DNA of 64,000 nt from an uncultured Alphaproteobacteria bacterium. Its GTDB lineage: Bacteria; Pseudomonadota; Alphaproteobacteria; CAWJRW01. Numbering within the stretch: position 1 is the first letter of the stretch; the number at the start of each line of letters is the position of its first letter. The DNA is taken from NCBI GenBank assembly GCA_963845385.1, contig CAWJRW010000008.1, forward strand, positions 2,399 through 66,398, read 5' to 3'. The translations under genes were made by a program, and so were the position numbers. The notes under the pieces are model-generated. The model saw nothing but the letters and a program-made list of their open reading frames with translations. It searched no databases and was not told where the DNA came from. Shown in pieces: positions 32,693 through 42,940 of the stretch.

Positions 32693-34431
32693 CACGGCGT
32701 GGGCAGAGGCGAAGCCTTGGCGGCCGCGGGCGTGCGCAGAGGCACCGCGTCCTCCAGGCCGTAATCGAGCTTGCGCTCGATGACGGGCACTTGCTTCTCG
32801 TCGGGACGCAACGCCAGCGCGTGGCGCCATTGGAAGCGCGCTTCGAGCTCGCGCCCGACGCGCCAATAGGCGTCGCCCAGATGATCGTTGATGGTCGGAT
32901 CGTCGGGCCTCAGGCTCACCGCGTGCTCGAGATAGGCGGTCGCAAGCTCGTAATTGCCGATGCGGTAATGGGCCCAGCCCAAGCTGTCGACGATGTAGCC
33001 GTCGTCCGGCATGAGCTCGACCGCACGCTCGATCATGGCGAGCGCGTCCTTGAGCTTCTCTGCGCGATCCACCCAGGAATAGCCGAGATAGTTGAGGACG
33101 AGCGGCTGGTTCGGATCGAGCGAGAGCGCGTATAGGAAATCGCGCTCGGCTTCCGGCCAGCTTCCGGCCCGGTCGTATGCCACACCGCGCGCATAGAAGA
33201 GCGACCAATACCGCTTGTCGGACGGGTCGACGGTCGCAATGGCGCGGCTATAGGCGTCGACGGCCTCGGTGAAGCGATCGTGGTTGCGCAGCACGTCGCC
33301 GAGCGAGACGAGGGCGCGCAGATTTTGCGGCTCGCGGCTCGCGATTGCGCGAAGCTGCGCGATCGCGGCGTCTCCTTGGTCCATTTGATCGAGGTTCAAC
33401 GCCGTCTGGATCGCCGCGTGGCCCGCGAGCGGCGACTCGCGGCCGATGCGCGCCAGCATGGCATTCGAATCAGCCGAGCGTCCGATGAGCTCGAACAGAT
33501 CGGCCAAGAGCGCCTGCGCCACATCGAGCCCGGGGTCGATGTAGAGCGTGAGCTGCAGATAGGCGATGGGCAGGTCGACGCTGCGATCCTGGGCCAGCGC
33601 GCTCGCCAGATCATAGAGCGCTTCGGCGATGCCCTGCTCGGGCGTCGCGATCAGGGGCGCGGGTTTCGTGCCCTGGTCGAGCCGCGCAAGGGCTGCGGTA
33701 ATCAGCGGATGATCGGGCGACTCGGCGAGAAAACTCTCGTAAAGCGTGCGCGCCGCCGCGGTGTCGCCCGTGCGCTCGAGAAAACGCCCATAAGATTCCA
33801 CAACCCGGATCGCGCCGTCGCCGCCGGCCTCGATGGCCGAGCGATAGGCCACGCCCGCGCGATCGAGCAGGCCCGCGTGCTCGAGCACGAGCGCGGTGTG
33901 AAAGCGCAGGAAAAGCTCGAAGGCCGAGATCGAGGAGATTCGATTGAGCTCGACCAAGGCATCGTCGGTCCGCCCTTCGGCCTCGAGCGTCCAAGCCGAG
34001 ATGAGCCGGCTCACCAGCGTATTGAAGATCGCGTTGTCGGCTTGCCCGAGCTGCGCGCGCGCCTCGGCGTAAGCGCCGCGCTTGACGTCGCGGAGCGCAA
34101 GCACAAGCGCCGCAAGCCGCATGTCGGGATTGGTCTCAATGACTTGCTCTGCGCGCGCCACCGCCGCTTCGATATCGCCGTTCGTGACCTCGAGGAGAAA
34201 GGCGCGATCGAGGATCGCCGCGTTGCCCGGGTCGTCCGCCAGCGCGCGGTCGAAATAGCGCACGGCGCGTCTGTTGTCGCGCATGCTGCCGGCAAAGCGT
34301 CCCGCGAGATAATTGCCGAACAAGGTGTCGCTCGCGGCGGGCGCATAGGGCATGGGCTTTTCCGCGCCGCGCGCCCGCCCCGGCTCATGCTTGAACTCGG
34401 CGCAGCCCGCGACAAGCGCCACGATCACCAA
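32692..34431 (-). CDS. TPR-repeat (lipo)protein
   Basis: ORF 32692..34683 overlaps the ETF-QO stop, so the start must lie below 34487. Lipobox-like LASALVIVALVAGC has no canonical start upstream of it; TTG 34431 and GTG 34428 are the nearest. Multiple TPR-like repeats. Confidence 0.7.
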   Translation of the reverse strand: MVIVALVAGCAEFKHEPGRARGAEKPMPYAPAASDTLFGNYLAGRFAGSMRDNRRAVRYFDRALADDPGNAAILDRAFLLEVTNGDIEAAVARAEQVIETNPDMRLAALVLALRDVKRGAYAEARAQLGQADNAIFNTLVSRLISAWTLEAEGRTDDALVELNRISSISAFELFLRFHTALVLEHAGLLDRAGVAYRSAIEAGGDGAIRVVESYGRFLERTGDTAAARTLYESFLAESPDHPLITAALARLDQGTKPAPLIATPEQGIAEALYDLASALAQDRSVDLPIAYLQLTLYIDPGLDVAQALLADLFELIGRSADSNAMLARIGRESPLAGHAAIQTALNLDQMDQGDAAIAQLRAIASREPQNLRALVSLGDVLRNHDRFTEAVDAYSRAIATVDPSDKRYWSLFYARGVAYDRAGSWPEAERDFLYALSLDPNQPLVLNYLGYSWVDRAEKLKDALAMIERAVELMPDDGYIVDSLGWAHYRIGNYELATAYLEHAVSLRPDDPTINDHLGDAYWRVGRELEARFQWRHALALRPDEKQVPVIERKLDYGLEDAVPLRTPAAAKASPLPTP

Positions 34432-34486
34432 GGCCGAAGCGAGCCGGACGCCGCGCGCGCGGTGCGGCGCGCCCCTACGCGAACGC

Positions 34487-36154
34487 CTACATGTTGGGAT
34501 AATTCGGACCACCGCCACCCTCAGGAACAACCCAGTTGATATTCTGCGCCGGATCCTTGATGTCGCATGTCTTACAGTGGACGCAGTTTTGCGCGTTGAT
34601 GACAAAGCGCGGATTTTGGCCCTCGGCACCGCGCAAGACCTCGAACACGCCCGCCGGACAATAGCGCTGCGCGGGCTCGTCATAGAGCGGCAGGTTGCGC
34701 GCGATGGGCAGGCTCGGATCGGCGAGCTTGAGATGAACCGGCTGGTCCTCTTCGTGGTTGGTGCCCGAAAGATAGACCGAGGACAAAAGATCGAAGCTCA
34801 CCACGCCGTCGGGCTTGGGATACGCAATCTTCCGCGCGCGGCGCGCCTCGATGAGCGTCGCGTAATCGGGCTTGCGATGGTTGAGCGTGATCGGCATGCC
34901 GAGGCCCAGATTGTTCATCCACATGTCGAGGCCCCCGAGCGCCACGCCGAGCATTGTACCGAACCGGCTCCATAAAGGCTTGACGTTGCGCACCCGGTAA
35001 AGGTCGCGAAACGCCCAGGATTGGCGGAAGGCCGCTTCATAGGCCTCGAGGCTCGCGCCTTGGCGGCCTTCGAGAATCGCGTCGAAGGCGGCCTCGGCGG
35101 CCAGCATACCCGTTTTCATGGCGTTGTGGCTGCCCTTGATGCGCGGCACGTTGACGACGCCCGCGGCGCAACCGATGAGCGCACCGCCGGGAAAGACGAG
35201 CTTGGGCAGCGATTGCACGCCGCCTTCGCTGATGGCGCGCGCGCCATAGGCGATGCGCTTTCCGCCTGCCAGCATCGGACGGATGGCGGGGTGTTCCTTG
35301 AAGCGCTGGAACTCACGGAACGGCGCGAGATAGGGATTCTTGTAGTCCAGGTGAACGACGAAACCGACGGAAGCGAGATTGTCATCGAAGTGATAGACGA
35401 ACGAGCCGCCGCCCGTCTTGTCGTCGAGCGGCCAGCCCATGCTGTGCATGACGAGGCCCGGCTTGTGCTGCTCGGGCGCGAGCTGCCACAGCTCCTTCAA
35501 GCCGATGCCGAATTTTTGCGGGCTTTTGCCCTCATCGAGCGCGAAGCGCTTGATGATCTCTTTCGTGAGCGAGCCGCGCGCGCCTTCGGCGAAAAGCGTG
35601 TATTTGCCGAGAAGCGCCACGCCCCGCGTGTAGGTCTCCTTCTTGTGGCCGTCCTTGGCGAGCCCCATGTCGCCGGTGGCCACGCCCTTCACGCCGCCGT
35701 CCTCGGCGTAAAGAACTTCGGCGCCGGCAAAGCCCGGATAGATTTCCGCGCCTAAGGCTTCCGCTTGTTGCGCGAGCCAGCGGCACAGATTGCCGAGGCT
35801 CGCGATGTAATTGCCGCGATTGCTCATCAAGGGCGGCAGAAGAAAAGACGGAATGCGGACGGAGCTTGCAGGACCAAGATAGAGAAAGCGGTCGTCGGTG
35901 ACGGGCGTGGAAAGCGGCGCGCCCTTTTCCTTCCAATCGGGAATGAGCTCGTCGAGCGCGATCGGGTCGATCACGGCGCCCGAAAGAATATGCGCACCGA
36001 TCTCGGAGCCCTTCTCGATCACGGCGACGGTGAGCGCGCGGCCCGCGCTTTGCGCGAGCTGGCGCAAGCGGATCGCGGCCGCAAGCCCCGCGGGCCCGCC
36101 GCCCACCACGACCACGTCGTAGCTCATGGATTGGCGATCGAGGGTGTCGGCCAT
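34487..36154 (-). CDS. electron transfer flavoprotein-ubiquinone oxidoreductase
   Basis: Intact ORF. YDVVVVGGGPAGLAAA and the C-terminal CVHCKTCDIKDP 4Fe-4S motif. Confidence 0.93.
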   Translation of the reverse strand: MADTLDRQSMSYDVVVVGGGPAGLAAAIRLRQLAQSAGRALTVAVIEKGSEIGAHILSGAVIDPIALDELIPDWKEKGAPLSTPVTDDRFLYLGPASSVRIPSFLLPPLMSNRGNYIASLGNLCRWLAQQAEALGAEIYPGFAGAEVLYAEDGGVKGVATGDMGLAKDGHKKETYTRGVALLGKYTLFAEGARGSLTKEIIKRFALDEGKSPQKFGIGLKELWQLAPEQHKPGLVMHSMGWPLDDKTGGGSFVYHFDDNLASVGFVVHLDYKNPYLAPFREFQRFKEHPAIRPMLAGGKRIAYGARAISEGGVQSLPKLVFPGGALIGCAAGVVNVPRIKGSHNAMKTGMLAAEAAFDAILEGRQGASLEAYEAAFRQSWAFRDLYRVRNVKPLWSRFGTMLGVALGGLDMWMNNLGLGMPITLNHRKPDYATLIEARRARKIAYPKPDGVVSFDLLSSVYLSGTNHEEDQPVHLKLADPSLPIARNLPLYDEPAQRYCPAGVFEVLRGAEGQNPRFVINAQNCVHCKTCDIKDPAQNINWVVPEGGGGPNYPNM

Positions 36155-36375
36155 GTCTCTCCTGCGGCGCGGGCTTTATGGGACAGGCGCCGCGCGCGGG
36201 TCAATGCGCAAGCGCGGCACGTCCCGGCTCTCGGCCGGCGCTGAAAGCTTCGACAATCGGGATGCTATGCTCTATCGCTCCGCGCGCAGAAGCGCTGCGA
36301 ATCGCAGTAGACAAACGCGGCAATTCCGCAAGAGCCGAGCCTCAAAGGCTCGTGTCAAGCCATAGGGAGAAGACG

Positions 36376-36864
36376 ATGCATTCCATGCCGATCATCAGAG
36401 CTCTGGCTGTCGCATGCGCCGCGATTTTTCTCGCGCTGGCCGGAAACAGCTACGCCGCCGAACCGCAAGAACTGACGGTGGAGAAACTGCAGACCTGGCT
36501 CGGCGACTACGGAAAGGCCTGGGAGACGAAGAGCGCCAAGAAGGCGGGAAAGCTCTTTACCGCCGATGCGACCTATCGGGAGACGCCTTACGACGCGCCC
36601 TTCGCCGGACGCAAGGCCATTCAGGATTATTGGTCGGGCGTGACCAAGGACCAGGCGGATATCAAATTCACCTCCGAGGTGCTTTCGGTGTCGGACAACA
36701 AGGGCATCGCGCATTGGCACGCAACGTTTAGCCAGCCCTCCACCGGCGCAAAGAACACGCTCGACGGAATCTTCGTGATGGAATTCGCCGCGGACGGCCT
36801 GTGCCAGAAATTCGAGGAGTGGTGGCACTTCAAGTCCGAGGAGGCGTCGAAAGCCGCCAATTAG
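36376..36864 (+). CDS. secreted SnoaL/NTF2-like protein
   Basis: Frame of ORF 36178..36864 from ATG 36376 after GGGAGA. Signal peptide MHSMPIIRALAVACAAIFLALAGNSYA. YRETPYD..GR.AI..YW pattern. Confidence 0.65.
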   Translation: MHSMPIIRALAVACAAIFLALAGNSYAAEPQELTVEKLQTWLGDYGKAWETKSAKKAGKLFTADATYRETPYDAPFAGRKAIQDYWSGVTKDQADIKFTSEVLSVSDNKGIAHWHATFSQPSTGAKNTLDGIFVMEFAADGLCQKFEEWWHFKSEEASKAAN

Positions 36865-36907
36865 CTCCGCACTCGCGGCGCCGGACGTGGATGGATAAAG
36901 GTGCGCC

Positions 36908-37726
36908 ATGACCGCGACTGGAGATCTCGACCGCCAAGCGCTCGCCAAGCTTCTTCTTTGGTATCGGGACGCGGGCGTCGAGGAAACGGTGGGTGCGTTC
37001 GCCTATGACCGGCTGAAGCCGGTCGCGGCCGCACCGCCTGCGATCTCCTCCGCGCCGCGTTCGCACGAGCGCGCGCGTTCGCTTCTTCCTGTCGGCCGCG
37101 AGCCGACGGCAACGCCGAGGCCTTGAGCGAAGCGCGGCGCATCGCGCAAGAGCTGCATGTCGGTCACGGCGCTCGCCGAAGCGCTTGCCCGCTTCGAGGG
37201 TTGCGCGCTCAAACAGAGCGCGACGAACCTCGTCTTCGCCGACGGCAATCCCGAGAGCGAAGTCATGCTCATCGGCGAAGCGCCGGGGCGCGACGAAGAT
37301 TTGAGGGGGCTGCCCTTTGTCGGCCGCTCGGGAAAGCTCCTGGACCGCATGCTCGCCGCCATCGGCCTCGACCGCACCAAGGTCTACATCTCGAACATTC
37401 TGTTCTGGCGGCCGCCCGCCAATCGCAGCCCGACCAACGAAGAGATGGCCGTGTGCCTGCCCTTCGTCATGCGCCATGTGGCGCTCGTCAAGCCTAAGGT
37501 CGTGGTGGCGCTGGGGGGCGTGGCGGCAAAGCAGCTTCTCGACACCACCGAAGGCATCATGCGGCTGCGCGGGCGCTGGCAGACGCTCGCGCTGCCCGAC
37601 GGCGCGAGCCTGCCGCTCTTGCCGACCTTCCACCCGGCTTATCTCTTGCGCCAGCCCGCGCATAAGCGGCTCGCCTGGCGTGATCTCCTGGCGCTCAAGC
37701 TCTTTCTCGAAGGCCGTCGCCCGTAA
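36908..37726 (+). pseudogene. family 4 uracil-DNA glycosylase, interrupted (in-frame TGA 37124-37126; probably two compensating frameshifts)
   Basis: ORF 36908..37126 (MTATGDLDRQALAKLLLWYRDAGVEE) and ORF 37157..37726 ([31 protein letters not shown]) share one frame. The plausible linker [15 protein letters not shown] is in another frame. Confidence 0.85.
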
Positions 37727-37900
37727 AAGCCCGCGGATCGTGCGAATGTCGTTTTCTTCGCTAAAGCATCCTTAAGAGGCCCGGGCTTCCACTCTGGCCC
37801 GGACTGCGGCATGCTCTCGAGGCTTTCCGTCGTCCCGTGCCGGCACATCGCGCCGGCATGTCAGCTTTAGATTGGTTCGATTTTTGAAGGGTGAGCCCGC

Positions 37901-39662
37901 ATGTGGCGCTCTTTCGTTGGCGGCTTTCCCTTCCGTTTTTGGCGCGCGCTCGCCGTAAGCGCCGCACTCGCATTCGTCGCGCCGCACGCCACACACGCCG
38001 CAAGCGCAACCGATGCCGCTGCGCAAGAGCCGCAAGTCAAAGTGTTGAGCCCGCAAGACGCCGCGCGCTACGAAAAGATCTTCGCGCTGCAGGAGAAGGC
38101 CGCGTTCGCGGCCGCCGACCGCGAGATCGCCGAGCTCGAAAACATGGTGCTCATGGGGCATGTGCTTTATCAGCGCTATGTGCACCCCACCTACCGCTCG
38201 CGCTATGACGAGCTCAAGCGCTGGCTTCTCGTCTATGCCGATCATCCGGGCGCCGCGCGCATCTATACGCTCGCCTTGAAGCGCAAGCCGAAAGGCGCCG
38301 CGGCGCCCAACCGGCCCGAGCCCCGCGTCTGGCGCCAAGCGGCGGGCGAAGAGCTGGACGAGCTCGCGCCGCGCCGCGAGACCGGCGCCACGCGCAAGAT
38401 TTTCGCCCGCGTGCGCGCTTTGGTGCGCGACGAGCGCCCGAGCCAAGCGCTGAATTACTTGGAGCAGCCCGACATCAAGCGCGCGCTGGGACAGAGCGGC
38501 GTCGACGAGGCGCTTCGCTACATCGCCAACTCCTATTTCGCCGAAGGCGTGGACGACAAGGCTTATGCGCTCGCGGCAGACGTTGCGACGCGCAACGCGC
38601 GCGAAGTGCCGATGGCGAATTGGACGGCGGGGCTTGCCGCCTGGCGCCTGGGCAAGCGCGACTTGGCCGCGCGTCATTTCGAGGCGCTGGCAAACGCCTC
38701 CGCCGTGCCGAGCCGCCACGCGCGCGGCGGGCGCTTTTTGGGCCGCGCGCGCCTATCTCGCGATCAAAGAGCCCGAGCGCGTGACGCCGCTGCTCGAGAT
38801 CGCGGCCGTCCGCGCCGCGCAGCTTCTACGGCGTGCTCGCCACGCGCCAGCTCGGGCGGCCGCTCGTCTTCGATTGGCGCGTGCCGGACCTCGACCAGGC
38901 GAGCTATGCGCGGCTCGTCGCAATTCCCGCCGTCGAGCGCGCCATCGCGCTCGTCGAAGCCGGGCAACGCGACCTCGCCGAGGAAGAGCTCGAGCGCGCC
39001 CATGGCCGCACGCCGGCAAGCCTCGATCAGGCCATGCTCGCGCTCGCCGACAAGCTCTCCATGCCGCCGTGGCGTTGCAAGTCGCCGAAGGTCTGCCCGA
39101 CATGTATGACGGCGGGCGCTATCCCGTGCCGGATTACGCGCCGGCGGGCGGCTTCAAGCTCGATCCCGCGCTCCTCTATGCCTTCATGCATCAAGAGAGC
39201 AAGTTCCAAACCGACGCCGAAAGCCATGCGGGCGCGCAAGGACTGATGCAGCTCATGCCGCGCACGGCAAGCCACGTCGCGGGCGACCGCGCGCTCATCA
39301 AACGCGAGCGCGACAAGCTGCTCGATCCCGCCTTCAACCTGGAAATCGCCCAGCGCTATTTGCGCGACCTCATGCAGCAGGTCGAGCCCGCGGGCAATCT
39401 CTTCATGCTGGCCGTGGCCTATAACGGCGGGCCGGGCAATCTTCGGCGCTGGCGCGAGAAGCTCGGCCTCGACGACGATCCCTTGCTCTTCGTCGAAAGC
39501 ATCCCGTCCGCCGAGACGCGCGGCTATATCGAGCGCGTGCTGACCAATTACTGGGCTTATCGCGACCGGCTCGGCGAAGGCTCAACCTCTCTCGACCAGA
39601 CGGCGGCGGGCGCTTGGCCGATCTACACGCCGGGCGAGATTCGCAACACCGCGCAGCCTTGA
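37901..39662 (+). pseudogene. soluble lytic murein transglycosylase (Slt family), three apparent frameshifts (near 38723, 38810, 39064)
   Basis: Signal peptide at 37901. Stitched from ORFs 37901..39109, 38565..39662 and 38833..39246. Catalytic region FMHQESKFQTDAESHAGAQGLMQLMP and AYNGGPGN. Confidence 0.88.
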
Positions 39663-39705
39663 GCGCGCTTGCGCGCCTGCGGGCCTTGGGCTTAGCTCTC
39701 GGCCC

Positions 39706-40242
39706 ATGCCCGGCATCGACGAAACACGCACATTCCGGCCGCTTGCCATCGCGGTCTTGACCGTATCCGACACGCGCACGCCTGAGACGGACACCTCCGG
39801 CCAGCTCCTCGCCGACCGGCTCACCGCGGCCGGTCACACGCTCGCCGCGCGCGCGCTGGTCAAGGACGAGGTGGCGGAGATCCGCCGACAGGTCGAGAGC
39901 TGGATCGCCGATCCGAAAATCGACGCCGTCATCACGACCGGCGGCACGGGGCTCACCGGCCGCGACGTGACGCCGGAAGCGTTACGCCCGCTCTTCGAGA
40001 AAGAGATCGACGGCTTCTCCGCAGTCTTTCATCAGTTGAGCTACGGCACGGTGGGCACCTCCACCATGGCCTCGCGCGCCTGCGCCGGCATTGTGCGCGG
40101 CACGCTTATCTTCTGCGTTCCGGGCTCGACGGGGGCCTGCAAGGACGCCTGGGACGGCATCTTCAAGCATCAGCTCGACAGCCGCCACCGCCCCTGCAAT
40201 CTCGTCGAGCTTCTGCCGCGCCTCGAGGAGCATCGGCGCTAA
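39706..40242 (+). CDS. moaB: molybdenum cofactor biosynthesis protein B
   Basis: Intact ORF. MoaB/MogA fold, with TTGGTGLTGRD. Confidence 0.88.
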   Translation: MPGIDETRTFRPLAIAVLTVSDTRTPETDTSGQLLADRLTAAGHTLAARALVKDEVAEIRRQVESWIADPKIDAVITTGGTGLTGRDVTPEALRPLFEKEIDGFSAVFHQLSYGTVGTSTMASRACAGIVRGTLIFCVPGSTGACKDAWDGIFKHQLDSRHRPCNLVELLPRLEEHRR

Positions 40243-40866
40243 GGCGCGCGGCGCGCGCTCGGCCGCCAACGCTCGTAATCCTCTACCGTATCGATGTCCG
40301 TCAGTGTGCGGAGCAAGTCGACGTGCGCGTCGGCCCGAGCGCCAGTCGCGTATCGGCAAGCGCGTGAGGGCTCGACCAGCGGATGGGTTTTTCGAGCGCG
40401 CGCGCGAGCTTGGTGCGCGCGAGTCCGATGAGCCAATAGCCGCCGTCATGGGCGGGGCCGAGCACGGCGTCGGCGCGACGCAAGGCGCGGAAGGCGTGGG
40501 CCACGTCCTCGGCGCGAAGATCGGGAATGTCGCTGCCCACGATGATTGCGGGGCCGGGCGCGAGCGCTGCGAAGATGCGCGCCATGCGCTGCCCGAGATC
40601 GCCTGCGCCCTTGCGCAATGCGTGCCACATCCGCAGGCATCAGATCGGACAAATGCCTTGGTCTTCGCGAAGCGATCGGGCGTCAGCGCGAGCACCGTCT
40701 GCCAGCGCGGATCGCGCGCGAGACGCCGCACCGTCTCCCGCACCAGCGCGCGATAGACGCGCATGGCGTGGACGGCGCCCAAGCCTTGCGCGAGCCGCGT
40801 CTTGGCGCGGCCCATGACCGGCGCTTTGACGAAGATGGCGAGCTTTCCCCGCGCGTGTTCAGCCAT
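40239..40866 (-). pseudogene. DUF2064-family (TIGR04282-like) nucleotidyl/glycosyl-transferase-fold protein, two apparent frameshifts (near 40632, 40332)
   Basis: ATG 40866 (MAEHARGKLAIFVKAPVMGRAKTRLA). Pieces come from ORFs 39982..41004, 40301..40630 (GDLGQRM.., IVGSDIPDL, GPAHDGGYWLIGL) and 40239..40436. Overlaps the GT2 stop by 8 nt. Confidence 0.7.
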
Positions 40867-41552
40867 AGAGTCGTGCGAGAAACCTCGGTGAGACGCCCAG
40901 GAAATAAAGCGCGAGGAGAGATAGATTGCGCAGCGGCCGCATGACATAGCCCTCGCTCGCATAGCGCCCGGCATGGCTGACCGCCGCGCTGCGCAGCATG
41001 ACAAGACGGCGGCGTGCCGACGCGGCGCACGAGATCCACATCCTCCATCAACGGCAGCGGCGAGAAGCCGCCGAGGCGCTCATAGAAGCGCTTCGGAATG
41101 AGCAGCCCCTGGTCGCCATAAGGCAGGCGCAACAGCGCGCAACGCAAAGCCACGAGATGTTCGAGGCGGCGCGCGGCCGGCGCGAAATCGTCGAGCGCGA
41201 AGCGAAACGCGGCCGCGCATTCGGCCATGTCGCCGACACGGGCCATGAAGCTTTCGACCTCGTCGGCCCAGCCCGCGGCGAGCACCGTGTCGGCGTGCAG
41301 GAAGAGGAGCCACGGCCCGCGCGCCGACTCCGCGCCCGCCTTGAGCTGCGCGCCCCGGCCGCGCGGCGCACGGAGAAAGTGCGCGCCCGTGGCCTCGGCG
41401 ATGGCGGGCGTGAGATCGGTCGAGCCGCCATCGGCCAGGATGACCTCGCGCACGAGGCCCCGCACCATGGGCTCGACGAGCGGCGCGAGCGCCCTGGCCA
41501 GGGTGGGCTCGGCATTCAGCGTGGGAATAATGACGCTCAACACGGGCTCCAT
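40859..41552 (-). pseudogene. family 2 glycosyltransferase (TIGR04283-like), one apparent frameshift near 41015
   Basis: ATG 41552 (MEPVLSVIIPTLNAEP, ADGGSTD, LFLHADT) in the frame of ORF 40683..41756. The C-terminus is ORF 40859..41041. Confidence 0.75.
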
Positions 41553-41635
41553 CCTCCGCGACTTCCGGCCGGTTGTCACCCGCGCCAATCCGCCTATGTT
41601 CTTGATTTGTTCAGGAGACCTGGTAGCATTCTTCC

Positions 41636-42706
41636 ATGGAGCTTCGCGAGCAGCGCAAAGGCCGTGGCGCGGTCTCGAACGAGGCCGGGCGCTTCGAGCG
41701 CTTTGCGAGCGAGGCGTTGGACGACGGCTGGGGCGGCCTCGACGAGCCCTTGCCACCGCTCAAGACGACGGTGACGCGCGATGCCACGCGCACCATCATC
41801 GCGCGCAACAACTCGCCCGATATCGGCTTCGACCGCTCGATCAATCCCTATCGCGGCTGCGAGCACGGCTGCATCTACTGCTTCGCGCGGCCGACCCACG
41901 CCTTTCTCGGCCTGTCGCCCGGGCAGGATTTCGAAAGCCGCCTGTTCGCTAAGCCCGACGCGGCGCGGCTTTTGGCGGAGGAACTGCGCGCGGAGAACTA
42001 TCGCTGCCGCGTCATGGCCATGGGCACCAACACCGATCCCTATCAGCCGATCGAGCGCGAATGGCAGGTGACGCGCCAAGTGCTGCAGGTGCTCCACGCC
42101 TTCCGCCATCCGGTGGGCGTCGTCACCAAGTCTCATCTCATCGCGCGCGACATCGACATTCTCTCGCCCATGGCCGCGCTGCGCCTTGCCCGCGTGGGCA
42201 TCTCCGTCACGACGCTCGACCGGAAGCTCGCGCGCAAAATGGAGCCGCGCGCGCCCACGCCCGAAAAGCGGCTCGAGACGATCCAGCGGCTGTCGGAGGC
42301 GGGCATTCCCGTCACCGTGATGGCGGCGCCCGTGATCCCGGGGCTCACCGATCATGAGATCGAGGCGATCGCGGAAAGCGCAGCCCAGGCGGGCGCCACC
42401 GACATGGGCTATGTGCTCTTGCGCATGCCGCTCGAGATCAAGGATCTCTTCCGCGAATGGCTTTCGGCGCACGTTCCCGATCGCGCGGCGCGCGTCATCA
42501 ATCTCATGCGCGCCATGCGCGGCGGCAAGGATTACGACGCGCGCTGGGGCGAACGCATGACGGGCAAGGGACCGTTCGCGGAACTCATCGCCGAGCGCGT
42601 GCGCAAAGCGCGCGCCCGCTTCGGTCTCGACAAGAAGCTCCCCGCCCTCGACACGCGCCAATTCCGCCCGCCGCCAAGGGCGGGCGATCAGCTTCGATTG
42701 CTCTGA
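41636..42706 (+). CDS. radical SAM protein (SplB/PA0069-like)
   Basis: Intact ORF. CEHGCIYCFARP is a CxxxCxxC motif. Transcribed divergently from the GT2 gene. Confidence 0.85.
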   Translation: MELREQRKGRGAVSNEAGRFERFASEALDDGWGGLDEPLPPLKTTVTRDATRTIIARNNSPDIGFDRSINPYRGCEHGCIYCFARPTHAFLGLSPGQDFESRLFAKPDAARLLAEELRAENYRCRVMAMGTNTDPYQPIEREWQVTRQVLQVLHAFRHPVGVVTKSHLIARDIDILSPMAALRLARVGISVTTLDRKLARKMEPRAPTPEKRLETIQRLSEAGIPVTVMAAPVIPGLTDHEIEAIAESAAQAGATDMGYVLLRMPLEIKDLFREWLSAHVPDRAARVINLMRAMRGGKDYDARWGERMTGKGPFAELIAERVRKARARFGLDKKLPALDTRQFRPPPRAGDQLRLL

Positions 42707-42751
42707 GCTCTATGCCTCCTGACGCACGAGGAAATCGACACATGCCCTGGG

Positions 42752-42932
42752 CTGTCATTCCCGACGCGACTTTGCCCCAAAATCCGAAAGGATTTTGGTT
42801 GGCAAAGTCAGCGACCGGAAATCCAGGGCAGAACGCTCCGAGCAAGCGGCTCTGGATCCCTGAACGCTCGGTTTGCCGGCGAAGATCTTCGATCTTCGGG
42901 CAAACCGGCTTCGGGGATGACACCTGAATGTC
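42752..42932. repeat. composite REP/MITE-like element X, copy B (inverted)
   Basis: The reverse complement aligns with 6789-6954, except for a swapped internal hairpin. Confidence 0.75.
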
Positions 42933-42940
42933 GATTTGAC

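Noticed and set aside
37820-37870. The hairpin tgccggc-acatcgc-gccggca downstream of udg as an intrinsic terminator.
   Set aside because: It is a 7-bp stem with no adjacent T-tract; the nearest T-run is about 20 nt away. That is too weak to call.
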